Part shown: positions 37,877 through 50,845 of the stretch, piece by piece
How the letters are laid out: each line of letters begins with the position of its first letter
How positions within the stretch are numbered: the first letter of the stretch is position 1
Source of the DNA: Microthyrium microscopicum
Taxonomy: Eukaryota
Assembly (NCBI GenBank): GCA_010405405.1
Contig: MU004236.1
Span: 1,308,070-1,372,069 of the forward strand
Direction of reading: 5' to 3'
DNA length: 64,000 bases
Program-made: the position numbers and the translations under genes
The notes under the pieces: generated by a model
What the model saw: the letters and a program-made list of their open reading frames with translations, nothing else
What the model was told of the DNA's origin: nothing
The model's database searches: none

Positions 37877-40284
37877 TTATGCCCGCGATCCTTGCGGTCC
37901 GTAGCCCGGGCCCGCTGCTGATGACTGTGTGTTCCCCTCACCAGTTTGCTCTTGCGCTCGTCCAGTAGTGCGGTAGTATCTCAGTGTTTGCGAAGCTGGT
38001 GTGGTGTGTCCAGTTTGTCCAGTTTGCGGTTCCATGTATGCGCTCAAGTCCCATGAGCGTCCACTAGGTAACGAAGCTGGACCTACAAGGCCTGTGCTGT
38101 ACGGCGAACTGTATTGTGGAGTGGGCGCTGGATTGCTTGCCCACGGTCCCAGACTAGGGCCGCCATGTCCTAGGAGCTGCGGCATGGAAGACGAACCTCG
38201 AAGATCGTGCGAGGATGCTGTAATCTCGAGCCCTGCTGATCCGCCTGGTAAACGGGGGGACAAGGCTGTCGAGGTCATGCCGCCTGCATATGCAGCAGGA
38301 ACAGTCGAGCTCGTGGCTGATGCAGGTGAAGCTGTCGGATGCTGATGCTCGCTGGTTTCTGTCAGAGTCGTACCATACATAGCTGTGGATGGTTGTGGTG
38401 TCCCAAGAACTGAGCTTGTCGAGGCATAGCTTGCAGACTAGAAAGAGAAGAACTAGATGTTAGCTGCCGCACCAATATAATACCGGAATAGTGTGGTTGC
38501 ACAACACCCATCACTTACATATTTGCCAATAATCTTTCGTAGTGCCTGCGACAGAATCGACCAGGGAAAGATCTTGATATCCTTCTCGATATTCCGGGGT
38601 TTGGGGCTTGGAAATCCCATGATCAGCCTGAAGATGTCATCGCATTCGTCCTTGTTCTTGGACACTGTGTATGGCTTGAAGCCTTCGAGGTTGCGCCTGA
38701 TGCGATTCTTCTCCTCCACTGTGAATCGGACTGCAACTAGTCCCTCGAGCAAGGCAATGGTGTCAACACTGGTCACATAGCACTTATCCTTCTTTTCCCA
38801 GTATATGCAACTAATGCACGGGTTGTTTGGCGACCGTTCCTCCAGTGAGACAGCACTGAAGGTTGCAGTGATTGTGCTGCCTATTTGGGTTCGCTGAAAC
38901 TCCACGATTCGCCGGCTCGCCGACTTCTCTTCATCCGTCCAGTCATGACACATTGTGGCCAGGTCGCCGATGATTTCAAGGCGTGCTTTAGTATCCGGGT
39001 ATTGAGCATAGGGATTGAACTGTGGAGTTGTACCATAGGCTCTCGTTGGAGCAGACTGATGTTGTCTCAATTCTGATGTGCGAACCCATACCTCTGAAGA
39101 TGTTGAAACCGATCTGCTCAGTGGTACTGATGCGGCTGGCTGTGTCGAGATTTGAGGGCTCTGGGTATGTGCCATGGGAGGATAGGATCCGTAATTTGTG
39201 AGTCCTGGAGAGCGGACTCTGAGTGACTGAGGAGCCAGGCTTGGACTCATCGAATAACCATACTGCGGTCTCATTGCTGAAGCTTGCCCATACTGACTGC
39301 GCTGAGAGGCCGTCCGGTCTGATGCAGGCAAGGCGAACAGCGAACTGGGGTAAGGCGATGCTTCTTGCAATGGCACCGAATGCCCTGAATACACTGTTGA
39401 TGAGTCTTTGTACTTTGATGGTCTCAAAGGTTGAGATGGAGTTCTCTTTGCCGATGGGAAAGAGTAATCCGATGAGAGTTCAGAATGTTTGCGCTTACGA
39501 TCTTCTGGGTAATAGCCCGCGCCATAGAAGAACATTCCAATGTTCTTCTGCTCCAACGAGAGAGCATTCTCGTCTTGCATGTCAATCATTAGCGGCATGC
39601 CTTGAGACGCGCCCGGCAATGCAGGGACAGTTGAAGTCAAAGAAAAGTGATGATAGGGCTCTTGGTAGAAATCTTTGGCTAGAGTAGCTCTGACTTTAGA
39701 AGTTCCGCCAAATACAAAGTAAAACGTGTATTTTGGGACAGTATATTCGATTTGGGACTTGAACTCGATTCGGAGGATTTCGTTGGTATCGCCGTGGTAG
39801 GGACCGGTTGAAGTGAGTTCGATAAAATTCCGGGACCTTGCATCCATAAAAGGTGCAGGAGTATGGTGGAACGCCTGGTCACGAGGAGCAAACGTCGTGC
39901 CTAAGAAAGGCATTTGGTTCGCATGGGGCAGACCACCATGTGGTTCAGAGGCCTGGCTTGTCGGTACAAAGGTCGAGTGTGGGTCGAAAGAGGGACTTGG
40001 TTGCGCATATCCTCCGTAACTATGGCCTTGACTAGGTCTTGTGGTTGGGTCGTAATCTGTGTCAGCTGTCAGTTACTCGTTCGCATAATCAGCATCTGTA
40101 CTGTGATCAATTCCCCATCGGATGACAGACATCATGGATAGCTTCCTCGGCACGTCCCGGCTGAGCCCATTCAAGGCAAGTTCGAATGGGCTAAGCCTTG
40201 CCATCTGTCCAACCACAAAATGAGCCACGAGGCCGGTTACTCACCATTAACATAAGATTCCTGGCTTTTTTCGTAACCAGACAT
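37877..40284 (-). CDS. medA: Medusa-family developmental transcriptional regulator (MedA/Acon-3/Ren1)
   Basis: Exons 40284-40245, 40056-38519, 38437-37877. Conserved domain CISCIYW..CYVTSVDTI.LLE.LV..RFTVEEKNRIRRNLEGF..IMGFPSPKPRNIEKDIKIFPW..L..AL.KIIGKY/SASY. Confidence 0.9.
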
Positions 40285-43200
40285 GGAAAGCAAACTGATG
40301 TCAGAACAAGCGGAAGCCGGCCACCGCTGGTTTCTAAACTTGAATCGAGTGCTCCAGGGAAGATGATTTCTCGGCTCGTTTATGGGTTGTGGTGTCGCTA
40401 TGTGCGCTTGCGACAAGATATGTGTTAGTGGAGGGTAATGAGCTTTGATCTAGACAGAACTAATGGTTGATTAGTCTGTTCTCCAAGGCAATGTCCCAAT
40501 GTAGGCACCAGTAGGATTGTGAATTTGTGATATGATCGATTTGGAGGCTATGCCTACCAATGACAGAGTGAACTAGCAGTTTCGGCCTCATTTTAGCACA
40601 AGAGGCAGAATGTTGCCCAAACTGCGACCCAAATTTCATGTGTTGGGTAAAATGAACGAATGAAGATGAATGAAAACTTACAGAATTCGCTTTTGCGCAC
40701 AACTAAATATAAATGCTTGAATATAGTTTGACCTGAACTCAAGACCCAATCTGGTATCGCAGGCTGTGTGGTAGGGAAAAGGGCAGAACAATGCAGTGTT
40801 CCTGAGGAAGTTGTGCGCTTCGACGTGAGATAGTTCTGGCGGTGAGATGAACCAAGACAGTGCGCGAAATTGATGGTTTGCAAAGTGTCTACAACAAGCT
40901 GAACTGCCTACTCACAACGGTTTGAGTTGAAAAATCAGACCTCTTTCTAGAGCGAGAAGTGGCAGGTTTATGAGGTGAACCAGAGCGTCGTGAGCTGAAG
41001 AAATGCTTCTAATTCAGTTAAATTCTTCTTCTTTTGCTTCCGAAACCTACCCCTTCGTTGGCGGAATCTTCAAGACACCATGCTGGTAGCTGAGGATCGA
41101 TCCCAAAGAAAGGGAAATGAAGGTTCGGATACAGACATAGGAGTGCTTTCAAGTCTCACCTGTTTTCCAAGTCTAGTTTTCCTTGATTTGACCCGCAGAG
41201 CTCTTGGGCTGAAGCCGATCCAATACACTTCTATCTCCTTCATCCGAAAGCAGCCACAAGCTAAATTGAAGAAGCTACAAGTCAACAAAAGACGTTCCAT
41301 AACAACTTTAGAAATCAGAGTGCGCATTAAGAGTGGCCATGCAAATATTGCCTGACAGTGTTGTGGAGGCAAGGGGAGAGAGTTGCCGCGCCCTAACTCC
41401 AACGCGCAACGCATCTTTGACAACAAATAGATCGGCTGGAGCCGAATTCGGATCATGAAGGAAGGGAAGTTAAGAATGAATGCAACGTACTGAGGTGGGA
41501 GTTCTCTTCAAGAGAGACGCCAATTTGGCGCTTCGCCATTAACGTCTGGTGGCTCCAGTAAATCGTCCTGGATGGATATGTGCATGTGCCCAAACCCAGT
41601 TCAAGAAGCTGGGAACAAAAGAAACAGTGAGGCTCATCAGACAAGGCGTAGCTGGAGCTAAAACTCTAAGATTGGCTGACCGCTGGTTTTGTCTGGAAAT
41701 GTTCCGGTGAAGTGGATCGCTGGCAGTAGATGAGGGGAAGTCACTGCAGAGAAGCTTTCGGGGGTAATTTGATAAAAGGCAAGAAATGAAACAACGGAAA
41801 GGCTCCCGCTCCGGGGGAGTAAGATCTTCTAGTGAAGAAGGTGCCTGAAGTGGTGGAGGCGAGGATTCGATACCGTCCACGTCGTCCAGACGCCAAGGCG
41901 GCAGCGGCAAACTTGGAAAGGTCAAAGGAAGGGTGGCCTAAACGAGAGTCGGACAGGCTCAAAGTAGCAAAAAGGAAGCTGTATAAGTCAAGTTGAAACC
42001 TTTAGTGGTGAGTGGTGTTGCCGAAGCTAATGGAGGGTACAAAGGTGTGGGATAAAGGTTTGAAAAGGGTGGGTTGCGGACAACTTGACAATGAAGAGCT
42101 ACATATGGGGCGAGAGATTATTCTTGACACTGACAACATTGAAATCATCACTACTGGAGGCGTAGCTCCAAAGGAATAGAACTTGGGTATTTTGACCATT
42201 CAGCTTGGAGAAGTGGTAATTCTCGATACTGATTGGCGCGGTTTCTGTGACGAAAAACGCTAGGACCGTTCTCGAATGGAGCTTTTCACGACAACTTGAA
42301 TCCACTGCCGGGCTAAAGAATGTTTTTCTTGAGGGAATTGGTTTAAAACGACCAGCTGCTCCTCAATAGTTGACAATATTGTGTATGTTTTTGCGTCTCT
42401 GCACCGTACGTCTCCCTGACAGTCCTTGTATAACACCAGGAGCCAGGTTGGGATACCTACAGTACGAACTTGCATCACTGGGGATTACGGATACATGGCG
42501 ACGGGGGGATCCTTGGAGCGCGGCCAGAGCTGCAGGGCCATAAATGCTGCTCTTCAGAATTCAGCCACTCTAAATTCGCATAATTTCCTCCTTGTTGGCG
42601 TCCGTCGGCTGTAAATTTGTTCATTGGCTCAGAAGCTCAAGCCCAAAGCCGTCCTTGCGAACCTGGTGCGTGGGTCGACATCCCAAAGTTGACCGGGGGT
42701 GAAGCAAGTCTGGCAGAGCTGCTAACCATTCTTTGTTGACTCTTGAGAATCTTGAGTCAAATCGATATATGTTTAGGCGACCATCGCGTTATCCCAAAGT
42801 ATCGACTTTTGCAGATTAAGGGTCTCTGGCGGGTCGCTTAACAACTGCCATATTACTAAACAGCCATCCCTTGCATCGGCTAGACAGCAAACGCTCAATC
42901 GGTTGTCTTGAATACCACTTTCTATGGTTCGGCTCTTTAGTATGTCAATGAAAGGCTGTGGACGAGCCAGCTAAAGCTTCATCTCGGTCATACCGCTCAA
43001 CAAACGGAAGTTGATCAAAGGGTCAAATCAATATTCGAGGCCAAGTATTTCGGTCAAGCTTGACGGTAACTTTGGTCGTTTGCGATGACGAGAAGAAATA
43101 TCATATTGTATTTCGCGAACATGTCAATGACGCATCTGGAATGGTAAAACGCATCATACCATCATTTTCACGATGATATCAAGTCACATACTCACAGCAG

Positions 43201-46200
43201 CAGTCACTTATCAACGCGCCAATACCTGCCACCCAATTTAGAGTCAGACCCAGATAGTTGGAACTTGGAATCTCAGTTTGCAGAATATTCCATTCCAGGT
43301 GCTTGAGCCTTGACAAGAAAGCAAAATCTCCACGAACGTCCAAGTTGCAACTTGCCGAACTCCCCGGCGGCCGATGTACGTGGCGCACGCTACGACCAAC
43401 GCTGTCAGCCCCGACACTCTGGCGCCGCTGTTGATCCTTTGTGCTGGACATGGTGGCGTATTCTTACTTCTCTCCCGACCAGACTTTCCTCATCGTGGAT
43501 GGTGTGTATCAAAAGCTGCGAACCTCTATCAAACTATGCGTCCTCAGTTTCCAGTAGATTGGTCGCTTGGCTGAAATCTAGGCAGGTTGACAGTTCCGCG
43601 AAGCGCCACTACAAACTTGAAACTAGTATTAGAATCTCTAAGGTCCTTAGCGGTTCTCTTTTTAAGGCCGACCTCGAAGATACGATTACGAGGGCATTGG
43701 GCAAGATGATAGACCCAGTAGATTGGTTGGGAAAAAGCAGAAGAAACGTATGGATTGCATTGCATATGCACAACATCAGGTATGATTATGAACATGCATA
43801 GGGCGATTCAATGCAATAAAAGCAAAGTGCAGAAAGGTGGTTATACAGAATAGTCCCCGAAATGCGCGTTGACTCAAGTTTACCAAGGTAAGTTTGGGAA
43901 CGTCGCGATGCCGCCGGGGCATGCAGGCAACGATCAATGTTACTTGGAGTCTCCTCAGAGAGTGAAGCATAATAGGCCTGAATACCAAGCTATATACTTG
44001 CCTGCCACCGCGTTGATAGACTGATATCTCTCAATGTTGGGACTCAGGATTATAGAGAGTATTATGAAGACATTTAACCATCAATGACCACTGTTACTAA
44101 TTGTAACGCCCTCCCTCGGTACATGCTATACATCCACGGTTTTGAGCTTTCTCATAGTCGCAAGCACCCTCGAAGATAAAGAGTAGATTGTTTTGACCTT
44201 TGGGTAGACAGCAGACATCCAATGCAAGTCATAGTATACTGATATCTTTTCTTTCTCCGTTGACTGAACGATCGATTCTTACATCAGTCACCCAATGATC
44301 AGTGGCTCGAGCAATACTTGAGGGGAGATAGGCAGGCGCCACGCTCTCTTTAGGTACTCATCTGTATAGTGTATACTCACTTCTCGGAGGGCATGTATAG
44401 CCGATACGCGTATGAACTTGGAGGGTATGAAGCTCGTTCCAATTGCTGAACACCTTTGGGTTCACTAAAACAAAGTATTTCCTACGAATCGTACCCATCT
44501 TCTTGTCAGCCCTGTAAAAAGGTAGATATACATCCATGCCGTCTGGTTCTACGGTCCTGGTACTCGTGCAAAACTACGTGACTGTCGTTTGAGCAAAAGC
44601 GTGGGCGGGCGACTCTCTTGGTCTGGGCTTCTTTAAAAGCAATTTCGGCGAGGCGGAAAGACCAGACAAGCTTGCCGCTTCCAGAGGACCCTTTGATGAT
44701 ACTCCTTGGGCGTCCTGGGAGTAGCCTTGCTCTCAAGGTCGGGGAGGTGTTGATGTTTTTGATTCGACGTTGACATCTGCATTGACCGTTACTGAACGAT
44801 ATGGAAGGCCATGTAATATCCCCTTGTATGTCTCATTTTCTCTAAACTCTATCACATCAGGCACAGTAACCACCCTGGCGATACGACCTGTCAAAATCTT
44901 AGATCAGAGGCTAACCTTTCCAATACCTTGTTAGTCAAATCGCCGATAGATGGCAAAGCCAGTAGACTAACTTCTACAGCTTGTATTCGCGACTTAGGCA
45001 TACTTCTGTCTCAGTTCGGTAGATCACATTGGCAAATCTAGAGCAAGTGTATCCGCATCCTGAAGAAGTAAGCGTCCAAGTCCCTATCTTTCCGGTGAGT
45101 TGCAACCGCTGTGTCTCAATTAACCAGGTCCTCACGAGGGCCACGCGACTCATCGCCGCAACGGACATGATCGTTTGGCAAACCGTTCTCTATATTCTTA
45201 AGGCGACCAGTAACGATTGAGGAATGTTGTCGCTCTCGTCCGAGGGTCAGATCAGCGTAGTAGCTGGCAGAACAATCGCTGCTTCTGCACTCTTAGCGGC
45301 CGCGGAACAACGCAAGTTGGAGCCGACCGTATTTATTCCTAGCATAGATAGCTGCAGTTTACACGTCACTGCCGAGTGAGTAAATGCTCGCCACGAGTCC
45401 ACAGCAGCCTGTGAAGGCTCTGTATGCATGAGATGTTGAGGCGGTGAAGAACTAATCCACCTCGCCGCATCTAAAATTGCACCTTGATATTACAATTTTG
45501 CAAAGTCTTCGTGACTTTCTACATGATAGACTTGATGTTGACCTTGCTCTGCCTCCCGTTCTGTTCACACTAGGCAGTGAGACATTCCCCCAGCCGTGGC
45601 TACTCCGAACTTATCAAGCCCACGCCAATCAGACGATTCCTACGAGGAATTCCAAAAATGGAGGGCACGCCTCGAGTTTCTGACTGTCACTCTCACGACT
45701 GCATCCCTGAAGTACGTGAGCATACGAATCTGCCCAAAATACAGTTTCGCATGATTTAGGTGGCACGGCAGTTGGACATACACGTCACTACAGCATTCAA
45801 GCAGTTCAATCGAATCAGGAACCGCCACGACCATCTACCGACTTTTCGCCAAAACTGCGAGCATGAAGAGCAAGAATAAATGTTTTCTTGGTAAGGGGGT
45901 TGGAAGGTTGACAGATGGAGAACATATTTTGCAAGCCTCCATCGACGATGGCCGCCATCATCCTCCATGAAGAGAATTTCTAATCTCCTAGGGCAAGCGA
46001 TAAGTTTGCGACCTTCTCGACGCATTCCATAGTAGGAGAACTTCTTGTGATAGGTCAGTAGAATAAAAACCAAAAGCATGCCTAGTAGCCGCTCGTTCAT
46101 TGGGATTTTCCTATCACATTCATCACGCCTCACCTTACGGTCAGGCCGCCCAGTTTACTCATCAAAGACATCCTCACACATCTGCAAGGGCCAAACATGA

Positions 46201-47857
46201 CTCGGAACGCACCGAGGACGGAAACATAATCTGGCTTGTATCGAAAGGGCCATCACACAAGGAGGTTTGTACTCTATACTTGTGACTTGATAGACAGTTG
46301 ATTGTTGATTGGGTAGCACCGCGGACCGCAAGGGGTTCGCCTCTCAATCAAGCGCGTTATGACACAAGGCGCGCTCTTTTGAAATCTTCACGCGCGCCTT
46401 GGAAGCTTGGTGGTGTGATGAGATGTTTCATGATGGATGTGGTGTGGGTAGAGCTATTTTCAGGAAGAGGGCGCAAAGCTGGATGTGATCTCAACGGCTA
46501 CCCAACTCTTCTGTATTCGGATATCTGGAAGCCAACCTCAAGCTCTAAATCGAGGTGTGTGATAGCGCCTAGAAGGCATTGAAAATGGACTAAAGGTCTG
46601 AATTGGCGATCAAATGCGCTGATTGTAGATGGTTTGTCTTGATGAGCGAGAGCGCAACTCAATTTGTCCGCAGTCTTATTGAACTCCAAGGCTCGTACGT
46701 CGGCTCAGGCCGAGACAAGCCGCTCAAACTTTGAGGTCCCGATGTGATATGTTGCTTGAATAGTTTCGCGCGTGTTGTTACATTCGTACTCGCACCTCCC
46801 AGATGAAACAGCGCTGTGCTCGTGGCAAGGCAATCTAGGGTTCTCCATGCACGTAATTGAGAAGTGGAAGGCTGCAGAATGATAATGTTGGGGTTCAAGT
46901 CGGTTGTGGTCCGGTAGTGTAAATCTCGCTCGCATTCGTTATGTTCCCGAAAATGGTGGAGAGGCTGAAGTTTCAAGTGCGGTAGCAATGTCAATAACCA
47001 TCGCATCACGCCCTTCGAGACGGCAGACGCCGTTTTTCCTCTGAGAGCAAGATTCGTACCAGTATTTAATGGCCCTTCGGGCTCATTGACCGCGTCGTGT
47101 GCACTTCTACAATATGACTATTACCCAAGACAAAGACGTGATGGATACGAGAGCACGCAAGCTGCTATCCTCAGAAATTCAGAGACAACTGAACGCTGTA
47201 TCTGTCAGGCCAGGCGCTCCCAGTTCGCGCTTCTGCCTATTTTACGGCTCAAGAGGTTGAAAATCTTCGATTTGCCAATGATGAGGCGAATCAAGCTATT
47301 GCGCTGTCCCCTCCTCCTATGCACATAGGCTCACAAGTCATCCAGCGCCCAAAAGACGAATTTGCTGCCTCGAGCAGCTACTCTTTCTCATTTTCCATCG
47401 CAATTCCCAACGTCTTTACTGTATCAACATTAGGCGCATCTTGCTCACTGAAGCCCCATTGCTCAGTCAATCTCAAAAGTGGCAAGACGCTCCCTGTTGA
47501 CACCGACGCGCTCCCGAAACGTTCCTTCTCCCTCCGGCGACCTGAAAGTTGATAACCAGCCGCCGCTGCCTCTCAATACACACCGCATGACGTCTTTATT
47601 ATCATCGGCGACCAGATAAACCAATGAATGAGGTTCTCGACCTGATAACGAGCGAGCGGGAGGCAGGTAGACCCTACGATGAGCGGTTTTCGGTGGTCGC
47701 GATGACGGGCCTGTGGTGGAATGGCTTCCGAATCAAGCAGCTTCGCAGTCCACGGGGCTCCAGACCGTCGCGAGATTGGCGATAGCCGTCTTCGCGCCTT
47801 CCATCAGCTTCTCAGCAATCGGCGACCACAGTCACGGGATTGAGGGCAGCTTGTGTC

Positions 47858-48420
47858 CATAAAAGGCCTCCTCGCCCTCGAAATCTTTCTCTTCTTTTCT
47901 CTCCACACTCCTCATCTCACATTCTTACCATCCACATTCCTCTTCTCGCACTCTTACCAACAACAACAATGGTGTAGGTTTTCCCCGATCGCTTTCTTCT
48001 GCCACCGCTGACTTGGGTCGACAGCTCTTCAGACCCATTTACGCTCAACCGCCAGGGTGTGGCCCTCTTGCAGCCAACCACCAAGTCATGAGAGGTGGGG
48101 AGGGCCCATGGCTCTTCAACACCTTTCACGCCTAATCGCCAGGGTAAGGCCCTCTCCCAGCCAACCACCAATTCATGAGAGGTGGGAAGGGCCCCTGGTC
48201 ATCAATTGATGCGAAAGTCTTCTGTGAGTCAAGCCTTTCGCCAACCACTAGCTGAACACTGACACCCGACAGCTCGACATCAAACGGCTCCGTCGTGCTG
48301 CGGCATCGCCGGCTGTAGATGACATGGTGATGTGTGTGTCGTGTGCTGAATGTCAGTCCAATTTTCCACCCTTTGCCAATGCACGCAAGATAGCTGACAG
48401 TGCGAACAGGTATGGACAAC
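47858..48420 (+). other. Small spliced transcription unit without a long ORF, containing two tandem 86-bp repeats
   Basis: CATAAAA box at about 47859, CT-rich leader, ACAACAATG at 47969. Intron-like segments 47974-48024 (GTAGGT..GCTGAC..CAG) and 48224-48272 (GTGAGT..CTGAC..CAG). Repeat copies at about 48025-48110 and 48111-48197. Confidence 0.5.
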
Positions 48421-49944
48421 AAAGCCAAGGTGTGACGATGGCACACTTTTACCCGATTATCCTTTGCACGAGTGGTACAATTGTTTCGTGGTGGGTGGAC
48501 TTGGTTGTGATGGAGGTGACAGGTATGGTTTGGTGGAGCTTTACTCTGGTTTGTCTAGTGGACAACTCATGTATCTTGTTTGTGCGGATGGTCCTGATGG
48601 ATGTGTGTTGGACTGGCAAAATAACTGGCGTGCTCCCATTAAGTGCTTGGATCTTTGTAGACAGAGCAGAAATGAAAGTTGTCTCCCATCAAATTTGCAG
48701 AACTCCCAAACTTTGTGAAAGTGCTCAGTAGGTAACAAGTCTTCGCTTCAGTGTCTTGCGCTGGAGTCGGCTGGACACATGTCGCGTTATCTTCATCCCG
48801 TCCAGATAGCTTCATTGATATGCGAAGAGAATAACCGCATTGCTAGATGAAACAACGTCTGCCTTGTAGCCGTACAAAATCACTTCCCGGAGAATTAGCA
48901 GCTCTTTTGTTGTTCTTGTGTGTATTGTCGAACGTAACTTTGCAATACGAGGTTCGCCCTTAGAAGATGCAAACTCTGGGCGCCCGGGCGAGATTGCATG
49001 CTCTCTCGGCGTAGCTTCTGCTGTTTGATCTCCTTGAATTAAAGACGAGACTGAAACAGGTCGTATTAACAATGCGTGATGTCATCCAGCTTGTAAGCCT
49101 TCATCTTGGTGTGCACGCTTTGTTGACGCCCCTGAGTCTCGAGATTCAGGGGCTGACTTCACTCGCTGCTCGGGACCACAACAGACTCGGTGCCCTAGAA
49201 TTTGAGCAATGAGTAGCGCCTGGTATAATAGGCTCTTCCGCATAATCTTGGACTCCTCAGCTGCTTGCTCTAGTAGTTTTCTTACTGCAAATCTTGTTCC
49301 TTGCTCTTTTTCCAGTCCTGGGCGAATGCTTTGAGGCTTGTGGTGTCGACATCCAGTATGATACCTTTCAAAGCATTGTGGTGTATAAGAGTAGTTAGAT
49401 TCTACGTTTCCTGGCTCGACGGCTCGAAAGAATCCTGGGAAATGCTGAATTCTGTACGCATGGCTGCACGATAGCGATGCTTTGGCAAATGTAGGAACAA
49501 GGCCTACGGTTCGGGACTCGACTCGAGGATGATAAAGTATAGTCTGAATGCTCATTCTCGTGCTCGCATTGTTTATGTTAGCTATATTCCATAATCATCG
49601 GTGCGTAAGGAGTAGATTTTGAGTACTGACCTTCGACCCCTCGACCGTGCATTGCATGAAGCATGAATATGTCGGCAGCCACCTGCTCCTTTTGAGCTTT
49701 TACTGGCTTCTTGCCCATTCAGTGCGCTGGGAGCATAGTATGATGGCCGAAAGGAGTGCCTAGAATCAGTGTTTGAACCATAGTAGTATTGTCACAATAG
49801 GAAAGTAAAAATGAAGAATATCGATATATCAGCGCGGACAAAAGAAGAAATAAAGACTCAAACTGGCATAGCCAAACTTTTATTCCACCAATGCAGCACG
49901 TGCGATATCGTAAAAAGGAAGGCTATGGGTATTCGGGTGGGTGC

Positions 49945-50226
49945 TTAGTTGTACCAAGCATCAGAACAGAAGGACCATTCCGAGTCGTCAGTGGACGACT
50001 CGGAACGGATGTATGGCGGGCGGATGGGTCGCTACTCAGAGAAGATATTAGCATCGCTTGTTTATTGCTGACTCTTAGTAGCCGTTTGTTTTCTGCTTCG
50101 GGTACTTACGAATAGTGGTGATGGCGGCGGAGAAGGCTCTCGGCGAGCCCAATGACGAGCCAAAATGGCGATGCTCGCCACGAGCAAGAAGAAGGAGATG
50201 ACCAAGACTTGGGTGATGGCTTGCAT
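49945..50226 (-). CDS. 67-aa single-pass membrane microprotein
   Basis: Exons 50226-50110 and 50031-49945 around a canonical intron (GTAAGT..GCTAAT..TAG). Product MQAITQVLVISFFLLVASIAILARHWARREPSPPPSPLFRPIRPPYIRSESSTDDSEWSFCSDAWYN. A/C-rich leader and ATCATCATG context. Confidence 0.6.
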
Positions 50227-50845
50227 GATGATGGTGTTGGCTTGGATGAGAAGGTTTGTCTGGTTTGGTTTGGTTTGGTTGTGTTGTGATGGAGTGGTAG
50301 AGGAGCAGAAGTTGAGGAAAATAGGAAACATAGGCACCGCGTCGCCAACCCTCAGAACGAGGAAGCTACCTTCCTCAACAACGGGGTCACGATAATACAG
50401 TGCGAGGATGTACTAGCTCCTGCCCTGAAGCTAGCCTTTGGCCACTGTCATATTACTCGCTAGAATCATGCTTCTTACCGAACCAGTTCTTTCATGAAGA
50501 GCCCGCTATGCCGTCCTATTCCGTTACTTTGACACTCCCCTTTGCGAACGACGCAATAGCAACACTATCACCATGACCGAACGCAAGCACATACCATGAA
50601 ATAAAACTGGAGGATACCACAGTTGACCAGAGTCCAACACCAGCATGATTCCAGCAAGCGCGGTGCTTACCATCTACCACCCTTTACGATCGAGACCTTA
50701 TACACATACAACGCAAAGAGGAAGGATGTCACATCGGACGTGATGGGATGATTTGATGCCTTCTATGTTACATAAGGAGCGCTGGCAGACATTGTTGCTG
50801 AAGGGGGTATATAATGGGTTTCACCTCTGCCGTATGATACAATGC

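Noticed and set aside
43310..46000. ORFs 43310-43801, 44506-44736, 45477-45759 as genes or pseudogenes
   Set aside because: No recognisable homology or good start context; would need tBLASTx to support.
48067..48100. Antizyme-like +1 frameshift site (TCA TGA)
   Set aside because: The downstream +1 frame closes after about 14 codons and has no antizyme similarity.
49082..49555. 157-aa minus-strand ORF
   Set aside because: No recognisable domain or splice support; left uncalled.
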